Shown piece by piece: positions 17,746 to 25,327 of a stretch of DNA of 25,327 nt. The notes below the pieces were generated by a model. The model was not told the origin of the DNA. It worked only from the letters and a program-made list of their open reading frames with translations, and made no database searches. Within the stretch, counting starts at the first letter, position 1. Every line of letters starts with the position of its first letter. The stretch lies in NCBI GenBank assembly GCA_048772705.1, contig JBLWGC010000212.1, forward strand, positions 1 through 25,327, read 5' to 3'. The DNA comes from Leidyana gryllorum EB-2025a. Taxonomy: Eukaryota; Protista; Apicomplexa. Both the position numbers and the translations under genes were made by a program.

Positions 17746-18331
17746 CGACTGCATCGAATGGGCACCTGCAAGCTTATCGCAACTCCAATCATCGTAGCTG
17801 AGCCTCGTAGCTCAGCCATCAGAGTGTAAGTCTCTTAGCCACGAAGTCGCAGGTTTGGAACCTGAGAGTACCTGACGCACCCACAGCGCTCTGTTTGGTC
17901 CAGTTATATATTCTTCCTTTGGGTGGAAGAAGTCCTGGGTTCGATTCCCAGAACAGCCCGTCTGATAGTTGTTGACTCAATGCCACGTCTCTCCAAGGTC
18001 GGCTTCTATACGCGGCTCCCACTCGTACAATCCCGGATGAAGTCCAGACCAGCTGAGACAAAATCTGAGTTGCAGCAGTTGTGAGGGGCTGGAACTGCTC
18101 CGAGACCGGGAATCGAACCCGGGTCTTCCGCGTGCCTTGCGGAAAAACTAATCACTATACTATCTCGGACGCTAGTAAACACGCCGGCCTCCAACCCCAG
18201 AACTCCTCGCATTTTGAGATTCCACGGACAGGAAACGGGTAACACTTCGGCAAGATGGCCGAGTGCTGTGTGCAAGCCGCCGTCCGAAAATGCGGGCGGA
18301 TGATCGCAACCATGTTTAGGCTAATGACTGA

Positions 18332-18403
18332 AGCCTCCTGCCGGAATCGAACCAGCGACCTTTCGCTTGCAAAGCGAATGCTCTGCCCCTAAGCTAAGGA
18401 GGC
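18332..18403 (-). tRNA. tRNA-Thr scaffold with TGC (Ala) anticodon
   Basis: GCCTCCT/AGGAGGC acceptor; TTCGC-TTTGCAA-GCGAA; all stems pair. Confidence 0.8.
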
Positions 18404-18467
18404 ATTCCCTGTCTCGACCCATATGAGTTTTTGATGCTGGGAATTGCATCATTTCCACCACATCGCA

Positions 18468-18549
18468 CGACAACTGCTGGATTTGAACCAGCGCGGGCCA
18501 GGCCCAGTAGATTTCTAGTCTACCCCCTTAACCACTCGGGCAAGTTGCC
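18468..18549 (-). tRNA. trnS-AGA: tRNA-Ser(AGA)
   Basis: Full cloverleaf. Confidence 0.92.
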
Positions 18550-18618
18550 GCTGTCGAACTTGGCATTTTGCGGCCAGTGGCTTCACATACGGTTCAGCGA
18601 GCTTTACTACGACTGCTC

Positions 18619-18682
18619 GCGCCGCCCGAACCGCGGATCTCCCTTCAAAAGTCTTGCGCTCTACTGACGGAGTTGGGGCGGC
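18619..18682 (-). pseudogene. tRNA-Lys-derived pseudogene
   Basis: Shared T-arm deletion family. Confidence 0.75.
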
Positions 18683-18983
18683 AAGGAAGCTTCGCCCCGT
18701 ACGCGAGGAAGGCCCAAGATTCCACCAATACAAATGGAATTGGTTACTAAGTCCGAATCTGTATCAGAGATCCACTCACTTGATCACGCCGACATACCAT
18801 GTTTTCCAAGACGGTACGGCTCTCGGCCGAAACCCCAACTCGGGCACTTGTCCACTGTAGTCTAAGTGGCTAGGATATGCGACTCTCACCCGCCCGATGC
18901 GGGTTCAAGTCCCGGCAGTGGAACTCCAGCTGAGTGTGCTTGTAGGCAACAGTTCCATTCTTACTCCCAGATAAATAGATGCA

Positions 18984-19056
18984 CACCGCCCGCGGGGCTC
19001 GAACCCGCGACTGCAATATTAAGAGTCTTGCGCTCTACCGACTGAGCTAGGGCGGC
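18984..19056 (-). tRNA. trnK-CTT: tRNA-Lys(CTT)
   Basis: CAAGA-CTCTTAA-TATTG (one mismatch). Confidence 0.8.
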
Positions 19057-19303
19057 AGGAATGCAAGGACACAAAACCCGATAGCCCGACATCTTAAGTG
19101 GTATCCACCAGCCTCACTTGAAGATTGTCCGGGTCGTCTAGGTGCTTACAACAGCAAGTTGTGGCCGTGCATACCCAGGCCCGAATCCTGGCTTGGATAG
19201 TATGTCCCCGATGTCTCGAATGGGAGATGTGGGTGAAGTCTGTCCACACCCACCATGTCCTGTCTTGATCGCTACACACTCCCATTTGACGGCTCCGTTA
19301 GTC

Positions 19304-19376
19304 GACGCTATGGCCTAATGGATATGGCATCGGTCTACGGAACCGGGGATTCTGGGTTCGAGTCCCAGTAGCGTCT
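19304..19376 (+). tRNA. trnR-ACG: tRNA-Arg(ACG)
   Basis: GACGCTA/TAGCGTC acceptor, full cloverleaf. Confidence 0.92.
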
Positions 19377-19654
19377 GGGCGAATGGTGGGGTTGTAGCCT
19401 GTTGAGTCAACAACTCAGATCCTGTCTTACCTGTCAGGGACATTGTCTCGGGATGGGGCGAGTGCCTTGTTGCGTCAACAACTATCAGACGGGCTGTTCT
19501 GGGAGTCGAAGCCAGCGCTTCTTCCACCCGAAGGAAGAATCATACCACTAGACCAAACAGCCCCCTGTGGGTGCGTCAGGTACTGGCAGGTTCCAAACCT
19601 GCGGCTCCGTGGCTAAGAGACTTACCGCTTGCAGGTGCCTAGTCGATGCAGTCG

Positions 19655-19726
19655 AGCCTTCTGCCGGAATCGAACCGGCGACCTTTCGCTTACTAAGCGA
19701 ATGCTCTGCCCCTAAGCTAAGAAGGC
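19655..19726 (-). tRNA. trnT-AGT: tRNA-Thr(AGT)
   Basis: Full cloverleaf. Confidence 0.92.
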
Positions 19727-20474
19727 AATCCAGGCCGAAGATCAAGAATCAGTCACTATTGACGGGGATTACTGAGGCACTTTGCTCGAGTAGCTTCCAC
19801 TGCCGGGTCTTGAACCCGGATGTACCGGTGAGAGCCGCATAACCTAGCCACTTAGACTACAGTGGACAACCTCCTCAGCTGCAGCTTTGGACGAGAGTCG
19901 TACCATCTTGAGATGAGATAGAGCGTCGGGTCAACCGACAACCAATGGGGCTGTTCTGGGAATCGAACACAGGCCTTCTTCCACCCGAAGGAAGAATCAT
20001 ACCACTAGACCAATCAGCCGCCTGTCGGTCGTGAAACCCGCTGAATACAGTCGAGAGAGTGGTCATACGATGTTGAGAACAAAAAAATGCGATGGGGTCT
20101 GCACAATGGGCGACTAGCTCAAATGGTAGAGCGCTCGCTTAGCATGCGCACTACATGGAAGACCTATTGGATGCAGTGGCTGACCGACTGCCCACACAAC
20201 GGCTGACAAGAGTGGGATTCGAACTCACGCCCTTTCGCACTGCGCCCTTACCACAGTGTTTTTGGCTCGCCCTTCCACGCGTTTCCTGTACTTGGAATCT
20301 CAAAATGGAGGGTCTTCCGGGGTTGGAGGCCGGGGTGTTCACGAGCGTCCGAGATAGTATAGTGGTTAGTACTTCCGCCTGTGACGCGGAAGACCCGGAC
20401 TCGATGCCCGGTTTTGGAGCACAGTTGATTCCGCTTAAGATTGTCTCCTTTGGTTGCCGCTGGAAGTTGCGAGC

Positions 20475-20547
20475 TACAGCCACCGAGGATTGAACTCGGG
20501 ACTGTCTGCGTGCGAAGCAGACGTCGTAACCACTAGACCATGACTGC
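20475..20547 (-). pseudogene. tRNA-Val scaffold with CGC anticodon
   Basis: Loop TTCGCAC; other lesions differ from the 7294/9515 copies. Confidence 0.7.
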
Positions 20548-20610
20548 ACGGCAGGTCCCGCAGACCAAAGCAAGTGGGGAGGTTCCACGAAGTAGTGAGG
20601 ACTAGTTTCA

Positions 20611-20682
20611 AGGTCGCGCCGGGAATCGAACCCAGGTCGGGAGATTCAAAGTCTCCAGTGCTAACCACTACACCACGCAACC
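20611..20682 (-). tRNA. trnQ-TTG: tRNA-Gln(TTG)
   Basis: Full cloverleaf. Confidence 0.92.
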
Positions 20683-21115
20683 GATTTAGCCCTTCTCAAA
20701 GAGTTGATAGAGCCATCCGGACTAGAGCTTCCCCACACATGCAAAACGGGTTTTTCTACTAACCTCCAAAATATTCAACTGGCTGTTGTAGCGCAGTGGG
20801 CAAAGCGTGTGATTGTTAAATACTAAGTCGCAGGTCCGCGGTCTCAGGCACCCTAGACCGTATTGCGATGCCAAAGTCTATCCAAGGGCTACAGGGCACA
20901 ATCAAAGGCTCTCAACTCGGTAAATACATAGCGGCAGGTGCAGCCGTACGAAGTTTGGACGACCTGGACATCGATCCCATACCTTTCGCATGCTAAGCGA
21001 GCGCTCTACCATCTGAGCCAGTCGCCCGACGTGCAGTCCCCATCGCATTTATCGGTTGTCAACATAGCATGACCACTCTCTCGACTCTACCCGCGGATTG
21101 CACCACCGACCAGTC

Positions 21116-21187
21116 AGCTGTTTGGTCTAGTGGTATGATCCTTCCTTAGGGTGGAAGAAGTGCTGGGTTCGATTCCCAGGACAGCCC
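21116..21187 (+). tRNA. trnP-AGG: tRNA-Pro(AGG), several substitutions
   Basis: CTTCC-TTAGGGT-GGAAG. Confidence 0.65.
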
Positions 21188-21263
21188 GCTTTGTTGTATC
21201 TTGACCCAACCTGCCTGGCACCATGGTACTGAATTCGGGTGATTCCTCGGAGAAAGTCGGAGG

Positions 21264-21336
21264 GGGAGTGTAGCGCAGTCGGTAGCGCGTAGGTCTCATA
21301 ATCCTGAAGTCGAGAGTTCGATCCTCTCCACTCCCA
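21264..21336 (+). tRNA. trnM-CAT: tRNA-Met(CAT) elongator
   Basis: Identical to 13605-13677. Confidence 0.92.
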
Positions 21337-21380
21337 CGGTCGGAATCGAAACCGCCGACAAACTCATCATGCTATCGTTT

Positions 21381-21451
21381 TGCATCTGTCGGGAATCGCA
21401 CACAGGTTATCTCGATGGCAGCGAGCGACTCATCCACTAGACCACAGATGC
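21381..21451 (-). pseudogene. tRNA-Gly-derived pseudogene (family of 204-274)
   Basis: Matches 13722-13792. Confidence 0.8.
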
Positions 21452-21517
21452 AGAACACGATCTTGTGAATCTTGCGCGTGGTGACAGCCATTCCTCTTAA
21501 GCCTATCGATGCATCAA

Positions 21518-21589
21518 AGCCTTCTGCCGGAATCGAACCGGCGACTTGTCGCTGACGAAGCGAACGCTCTGCCCATAAGCTGAGAAGGC
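21518..21589 (-). tRNA. trnT-CGT: tRNA-Thr(CGT), degenerate
   Basis: Copy of 13859-13930. Confidence 0.6.
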
Positions 21590-21708
21590 AGCTTAGCCAG
21601 AAAATCATGTGTCAGTTGTATCGACAAAAGTTAGCCGGGTGCCACGTGCACGGCGGGCTGTCCGGCGCGCATCGTGGGGGCATGCTGGGTTGTCCTGACT
21701 ACAACGGC

Positions 21709-21788
21709 TGACAAGAGTGGGATTCGAACCCACGCCCTTTCGGACTGCGGCCTGAACACAGCGCCTTAGACCACTCGGCCATCTTGCC
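21709..21788 (-). tRNA. trnL-CAG: tRNA-Leu(CAG)
   Basis: Full cloverleaf. Confidence 0.92.
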
Positions 21789-22303
21789 GGAGCGTTCGCC
21801 ACTTTACAGGTTTTCTGTCCGTGAAGTTCTCGAGAAGGAAGACTTTTAGGGTTGAAGACGCGGAAGACGCGGGTTCGATGCCCTGTTTTGGAGAGAGCCT
21901 GTTTCCTCGCTTTGGTGGGACTCACTTCAAAGATTCGAGCTACAGCCACCTGTGATCGAACTCGGGACCAAGTGCGTGTTAAGCAGACGCCGTAACCGCT
22001 AGACCATGGCTGCACGGAGCTTCCGGACTGTGAGAGGGGCGTGTGTCTCTGGGAACACACATATCATGAGGAGCCTGATTGTCATCTACGGACCTGTAGC
22101 CTCACAGAAATGGGACGGGCTGGAGTAGTACTCATTACTTTGTGGTCAGGAATGGAAGTGTCACGCATCTGTGGTCTAGTGGTAGAATGTGTCGTTGCCA
22201 CCGAGACGACCCAGGTTCGCTTCCCGGCAGATGCAGAGGAGATGGCACAAGGTTGATTGCGCCTTCTACGTGAACTGGTGTCTAACGCTCCAATCACATC
22301 GCA

Positions 22304-22385
22304 CGACAACTGCTGGATTTAAACCAGCGCGGGCCAGGCCCAGTAGATTTCTAGTCTACCCCCTTAACCACTCGGGCAAGTTGCC
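22304..22385 (-). tRNA. trnS-AGA: tRNA-Ser(AGA), C56T variant
   Basis: Shares the T-loop change with 6532-6613. Confidence 0.75.
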
Positions 22386-22442
22386 ACCTGTCGAACTCGG
22401 CATTTTGCGGCCAGTGGTTTCACATACGGTTCAGCACTGCTC

Positions 22443-22508
22443 GCGCCTCCCCGAACCCGCGGTTCTCCCATCAAAAGTCTTGCGCTCCACCGACGGAGTT
22501 GGGGCGGC
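22443..22508 (-). pseudogene. tRNA-Lys-derived pseudogene
   Basis: Shared T-arm deletion family. Confidence 0.75.
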
Positions 22509-22678
22509 AAGGAAGCTCGCCCTGTACCCGGGGAAGGCCCAAGATTCCACGATCAATACTAATGGAATTGGTTACTAAGTCCGAATCTGTATCAGAGATC
22601 CACTCACTTGATCACGCCCACATACCATTTTTTCCAAGACGGTACGGCTCTCGGCCGAAGCCCCAACTCAACCACTCG

Positions 22679-22751
22679 TCCACTGTAGTCTAAGTGGCTA
22701 GGATATGCGGCTTTCACCCGCACCATCCGGGTTCAAGTCCCGGCAGTGGAA
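22679..22751 (+). tRNA. trnE-TTC: tRNA-Glu(TTC)
   Basis: Matches 4659-4731. Confidence 0.88.
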
Positions 22752-22800
22752 ATCCGGCAGAGTGTGGTTGTAGGTAACGGCTCCCCGAGACATTGATTTG

Positions 22801-22873
22801 CACCGCCCGCGGGGCTCGAACCCGCGACTGCAAGATTGAAAGTCTTGCGCTCTACGGGCTGAGCTAGGGCGGC
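22801..22873 (-). tRNA. tRNA-Lys scaffold with TTC (Glu) anticodon; D-loop altered
   Basis: CAAGA-CTTTCAA-TCTTG. Confidence 0.65.
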
Positions 22874-22974
22874 AACGAAACTCTTAACTGAGTTACACCC
22901 TATTTGCCGTTGGGTGGAGCAGTAGATGCATTGGACCGGTGGAACAATGAGCTTCAGTAACTTCCGTTAACATT

Positions 22975-23045
22975 GCCTTCTTAGCTGGTGGCAGAGCATT
23001 CGCTTTGAAAGCGAAAGGTCGCCGGTTCGATTCCGGCAGAAGGCT
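22975..23045 (+). pseudogene. tRNA-Thr scaffold with TGA anticodon and D-arm deletion
   Basis: TTCGC-TTTGAAA-GCGAA. Confidence 0.7.
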
Positions 23046-23138
23046 TTGCTTACGCACTTGAGCTTTTCTGACTGGTCTCTCAGTCTCGATAAGGATCTGA
23101 GAGGTTTGGAGGGGAATTGCAATGCACTTTAGATTGGT

Positions 23139-23210
23139 TGTCCGAGCCAGGAATCGAGCCTGGGTTTGCACGGCCACAACGTGCTGTCCTAACCACTAGA
23201 CGACTCGGAT
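23139..23210 (-). tRNA. trnH-GTG: tRNA-His(GTG)
   Basis: Paralog of 2770-2841; mismatch at pair 1:72. Confidence 0.8.
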
Positions 23211-23486
23211 AATTTTTGAGCGAGGCTGTAGAGGTAGCGAAACATCGATCAGGATGGGATGGAAAAGGAGCGTCAGACGAACTACGTTGTGAGAAGTCCA
23301 CTCCTCAACTTCCGGTGGGACGGAATTTACTCGTCGCATATCTGATGGCACCACTAGAGACAGATGCGTTGCCATCTGAGCACCCCGGGCCGTACGAGTA
23401 CTTGGGGGCGTGTAGACCGCACCCAGAACGACATCGACAGTCGCAACGGAAGCCGTTCACACGCTGGAACTCTGAAGGAAAGTAAC

Positions 23487-23570
23487 GCACAGATGCCCGA
23501 GTGGTCTGAGGGGCCAGACTCAAGTTCTGGTAGGCGCAAGTCTGCATGGGTTCAAATCCCATTCTGTGCA
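23487..23570 (+). tRNA. trnL-CAA: tRNA-Leu(CAA)
   Basis: Inverted copy of 12894-12977 with 2 substitutions. Confidence 0.85.
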
Positions 23571-23661
23571 ACGGCCATCATCCCCAAAAGTAGGCTGGAA
23601 AAGGCCACAGTGGATTCGAGTCTCCATTTGAATAGGGTGTAACTAAGCTTAGAGCTTCCTT

Positions 23662-23734
23662 GCCGCCCTAGCTCAGTCGGTAGAGCGCAAGACTTTTAAT
23701 CTTGCAGTCGCGGGTTCGAGCCCCGCGGGCGGTG
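23662..23734 (+). tRNA. trnK-TTT: tRNA-Lys(TTT)
   Basis: CAAGA-CTTTTAA-TCTTG, full cloverleaf. Confidence 0.93.
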
Positions 23735-23794
23735 CAAATCAATGTCTCTGGGAGTAGGAATGGAACCGTTGCCTACAAGCACACTCAGCTGGAT

Positions 23795-23867
23795 TTCCAC
23801 TGCCGGGACTTGAACCCGGATCGTGCGGGTGAGAGCCGCATATCCTGGCCACTTAGACTACAGTGGA
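23795..23867 (-). tRNA. trnE-CTC: tRNA-Glu(CTC)
   Basis: Full cloverleaf, one D-loop change. Confidence 0.9.
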
Positions 23868-23983
23868 CAACTTCCTCAGCTGCAGCTTTGGACGAAAGCC
23901 GTACCTCTTGACAAGACGTGGTTGCAGAATCCTTTGGCAGAAAAAGGAGGATCTCTATACTAACCTCTGAACCATTGTTGCTG

Positions 23984-24056
23984 GGTCTTGTAGCTCAGTC
24001 GGCAGAGCGTGTGGCTGTTAACCACAAAGTCGCAGGTTCGAAACCTGCCAGGTCCG
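23984..24056 (+). tRNA. trnN-GTT: tRNA-Asn(GTT)
   Basis: TGTGG-CTGTTAA-CCACA; one acceptor mismatch. Confidence 0.85.
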
Positions 24057-24171
24057 GTTTCAGAGGCACACTCAACACTGAGTGCGCTGGTGTGCCAATG
24101 GCACTTGTGGTCTGCGACCCTTCAAAGATGGAAGTTTGTTTGGATCCCGCCACGTGCAGCCGTACGAACTT

Positions 24172-24244
24172 TGGACGACCTGGGTATCGATCCCAGTACC
24201 TCTCGCATGCGAAGCGAGCGCTCTACCATCTGAGCTAGCCGCCC
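24172..24244 (-). tRNA. trnA-CGC: tRNA-Ala(CGC)
   Basis: CTCGC-TTCGCAT-GCGAG; G3:T70; A54. Confidence 0.92.
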
Positions 24245-24312
24245 ATCCGCTCATCCGCTCTACATGGAAGACCTATTGCATCCAGTGGCTGACCGAGGGC
24301 CGATACAACGGG

Positions 24313-24392
24313 TGACAAGAGTGGGATTCGAACCCACGCCCTTTCGGACAGCGGCCTTAACACAGCGCCTTGGACCACTCGGCCATCTTGCC
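24313..24392 (-). tRNA. trnL-AAG: tRNA-Leu(AAG), anticodon-stem mismatch
   Basis: Paralog of 11246-11325. Confidence 0.7.
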
Positions 24393-24614
24393 GGAGTGCC
24401 CTTGGCTCGCCACTTTACACGTTTTCTGTTCGTGAAGTTTCGAGAAGGGAGGACTTTTGGGGTTGAAGGCCAGGGTATCCACGAGCGTCCGAGATACTAT
24501 AGTGCTTAGTATTTCCGCCTGTCACTCGGAAGACGCGGGTACAGATTCCCGGTCTCGGAGACACTTTCGTTCTTTCGCTTTAGATTTCGTGGTGCTCACC
24601 TGACAAACGCGAGT

Positions 24615-24687
24615 TACAGCCACCGAGGATCGAACTCGGGACCTTCTGCGTGTGAAGCAGACGTCGTGACCACTAGACCATGGCTGC
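24615..24687 (-). tRNA. trnV-CAC: tRNA-Val(CAC)
   Basis: TCTGC-TTCACAC-GCAGA. Confidence 0.9.
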
Positions 24688-24751
24688 AGCGAAGGTCCCG
24701 CAGACCAAGAGAGAAGTGGCGAGCTTTTACGAAGTAGTAGGACCAGTTTTG

Positions 24752-24823
24752 AGGTCGCGCCGGGAATCGAACCCAGGTCGGGAGATTCAGAGTCTCCAGT
24801 GCTGACCACTACACCACGCAACC
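24752..24823 (-). tRNA. trnQ-CTG: tRNA-Gln(CTG)
   Basis: GGAGA-CTCTGAA-TCTCC. Confidence 0.9.
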
Positions 24824-25099
24824 CATTCAGTCCTTCCCAAAAAAGAGTTGGTAGAGCCATCCGGACTAGCGCTAACTGGACACATGCAAACACGCGTCTC
24901 TCTACTGACCTTTGAAATATCGTAACTGTTGTATCTTAGTCGGCAGAGTGTGTGATTGTTAAATACAAACTCGGAAATTCGGGCTCTGAGGCAACCTTGC
25001 ACACATCCTGCGGTGCCCGAGTCTATCCAAGGGGTACAGGGCACACTTGAAAGCTCTCAACTCTGTAGCAAAATAGCGGCAGTTGCAGACTACGAAGTT

Positions 25100-25172
25100 T
25101 GGACGACCTGGGCATCGATCCCGGTACCTCTCGCATGCTAAGCGAGCGCTCTACCATTTGAGCTAGTCGCCC
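25100..25172 (-). tRNA. trnA-AGC: tRNA-Ala(AGC)
   Basis: Full cloverleaf; G3:T70. Confidence 0.88.
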
Positions 25173-25259
25173 GTTGCGCAGACCCCATCGATTTTTTTGT
25201 TCTCAACATCGTATGACCACTCTCTCGACTGTACTCAGCGGGTTGCTCGACCGACAGCC

Positions 25260-25327
25260 GGCTGTTTGGTCTACTGGTATGATTCTTCCTTCGGGTGGAA
25301 GAAGTCCTGGGTTCCAATTCCCAGAAC
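25260..25327 (+). tRNA. trnP-CGG: tRNA-Pro(CGG), truncated at window edge, mutated D and T loops
   Basis: Loop TTCGGGT; ends at ...CCCAGAAC. Confidence 0.7.

Larger units (their letters stand above)
1..25327. repeat. Dense shuffled array of eukaryotic tRNA genes and pseudogenes (~170 units, manual count)
   Basis: A-box/B-box (GGTTCGANTCC) cloverleaf units recur about every 150 bp on both strands, with repeated spacers. Confidence 0.97.

Noticed and set aside
21630-21705. GC-rich spacer starting GCCGGG resembling an SRP/7SL 5' end (inverted copy near 14725-14810)
   Set aside because: Similarity is limited to a few bases, it is too short, and I recognise no SRP helix motifs.
296-25141. All ORFs in the six-frame track (60-188 aa)
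   Set aside because: They are short, overlap in all frames, and are built from translated tRNA motifs (e.g. PGIEPGS, GFEP, RVRFP). I recognise no protein domain.
1-25327. CRISPR-like repeat-spacer array
   Set aside because: The repeats are 70-85 nt tRNA genes in both orientations, the spacers are themselves repeated, and there are no cas genes.
1-25327. Bacterial, phage or organellar tRNA array
   Set aside because: No encoded CCA. The eukaryotic initiator tRNA, A54 in Ala, C1:G72 intron-containing Tyr and widespread A34 anticodons point to eukaryotic cytosolic tRNAs.
1-25327. All degeneracy explained as long-read sequencing error
   Set aside because: Many lesions are shared between separate copies and many genes are perfect. 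Single-copy variants still need read confirmation.

Overview
The whole 25.3 kb window is a non-coding mosaic of eukaryotic-type nuclear tRNA genes and tRNA pseudogenes. By manual count there are roughly 170 tRNA-derived units, about one per 150 bp, on both strands. About a third fold as intact or near-intact cloverleaves. The rest are point-mutated, truncated or chimeric copies. Eukaryotic hallmarks: no encoded CCA, initiator Met with A1:U72 and a GATCGAAAC T-loop, Ala with A54, Tyr with C1:G72 and an intron after position 37, and A34 (inosine) anticodons AGC/AGT/AAC/ACG/AGA/AAG/AGG. Nineteen amino acids plus initiator Met have intact or near-intact genes; Ile survives only as a relic. Multi-gene cassettes (tRNA plus spacer) recur in direct and inverted orientation, with several breakpoints inside tRNA genes. 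The last bases of the window join the first bases to rebuild a tRNA-Pro gene and a gene order also seen internally, which suggests a circle or a tandem macro-repeat unit. Several otherwise intact genes carry anticodons of a different amino acid. No ORF in the track is a credible protein gene. Coordinates and folds were worked out by eye, the organism cannot be identified from the sequence alone, and only the clearest pseudogenes are listed individually.
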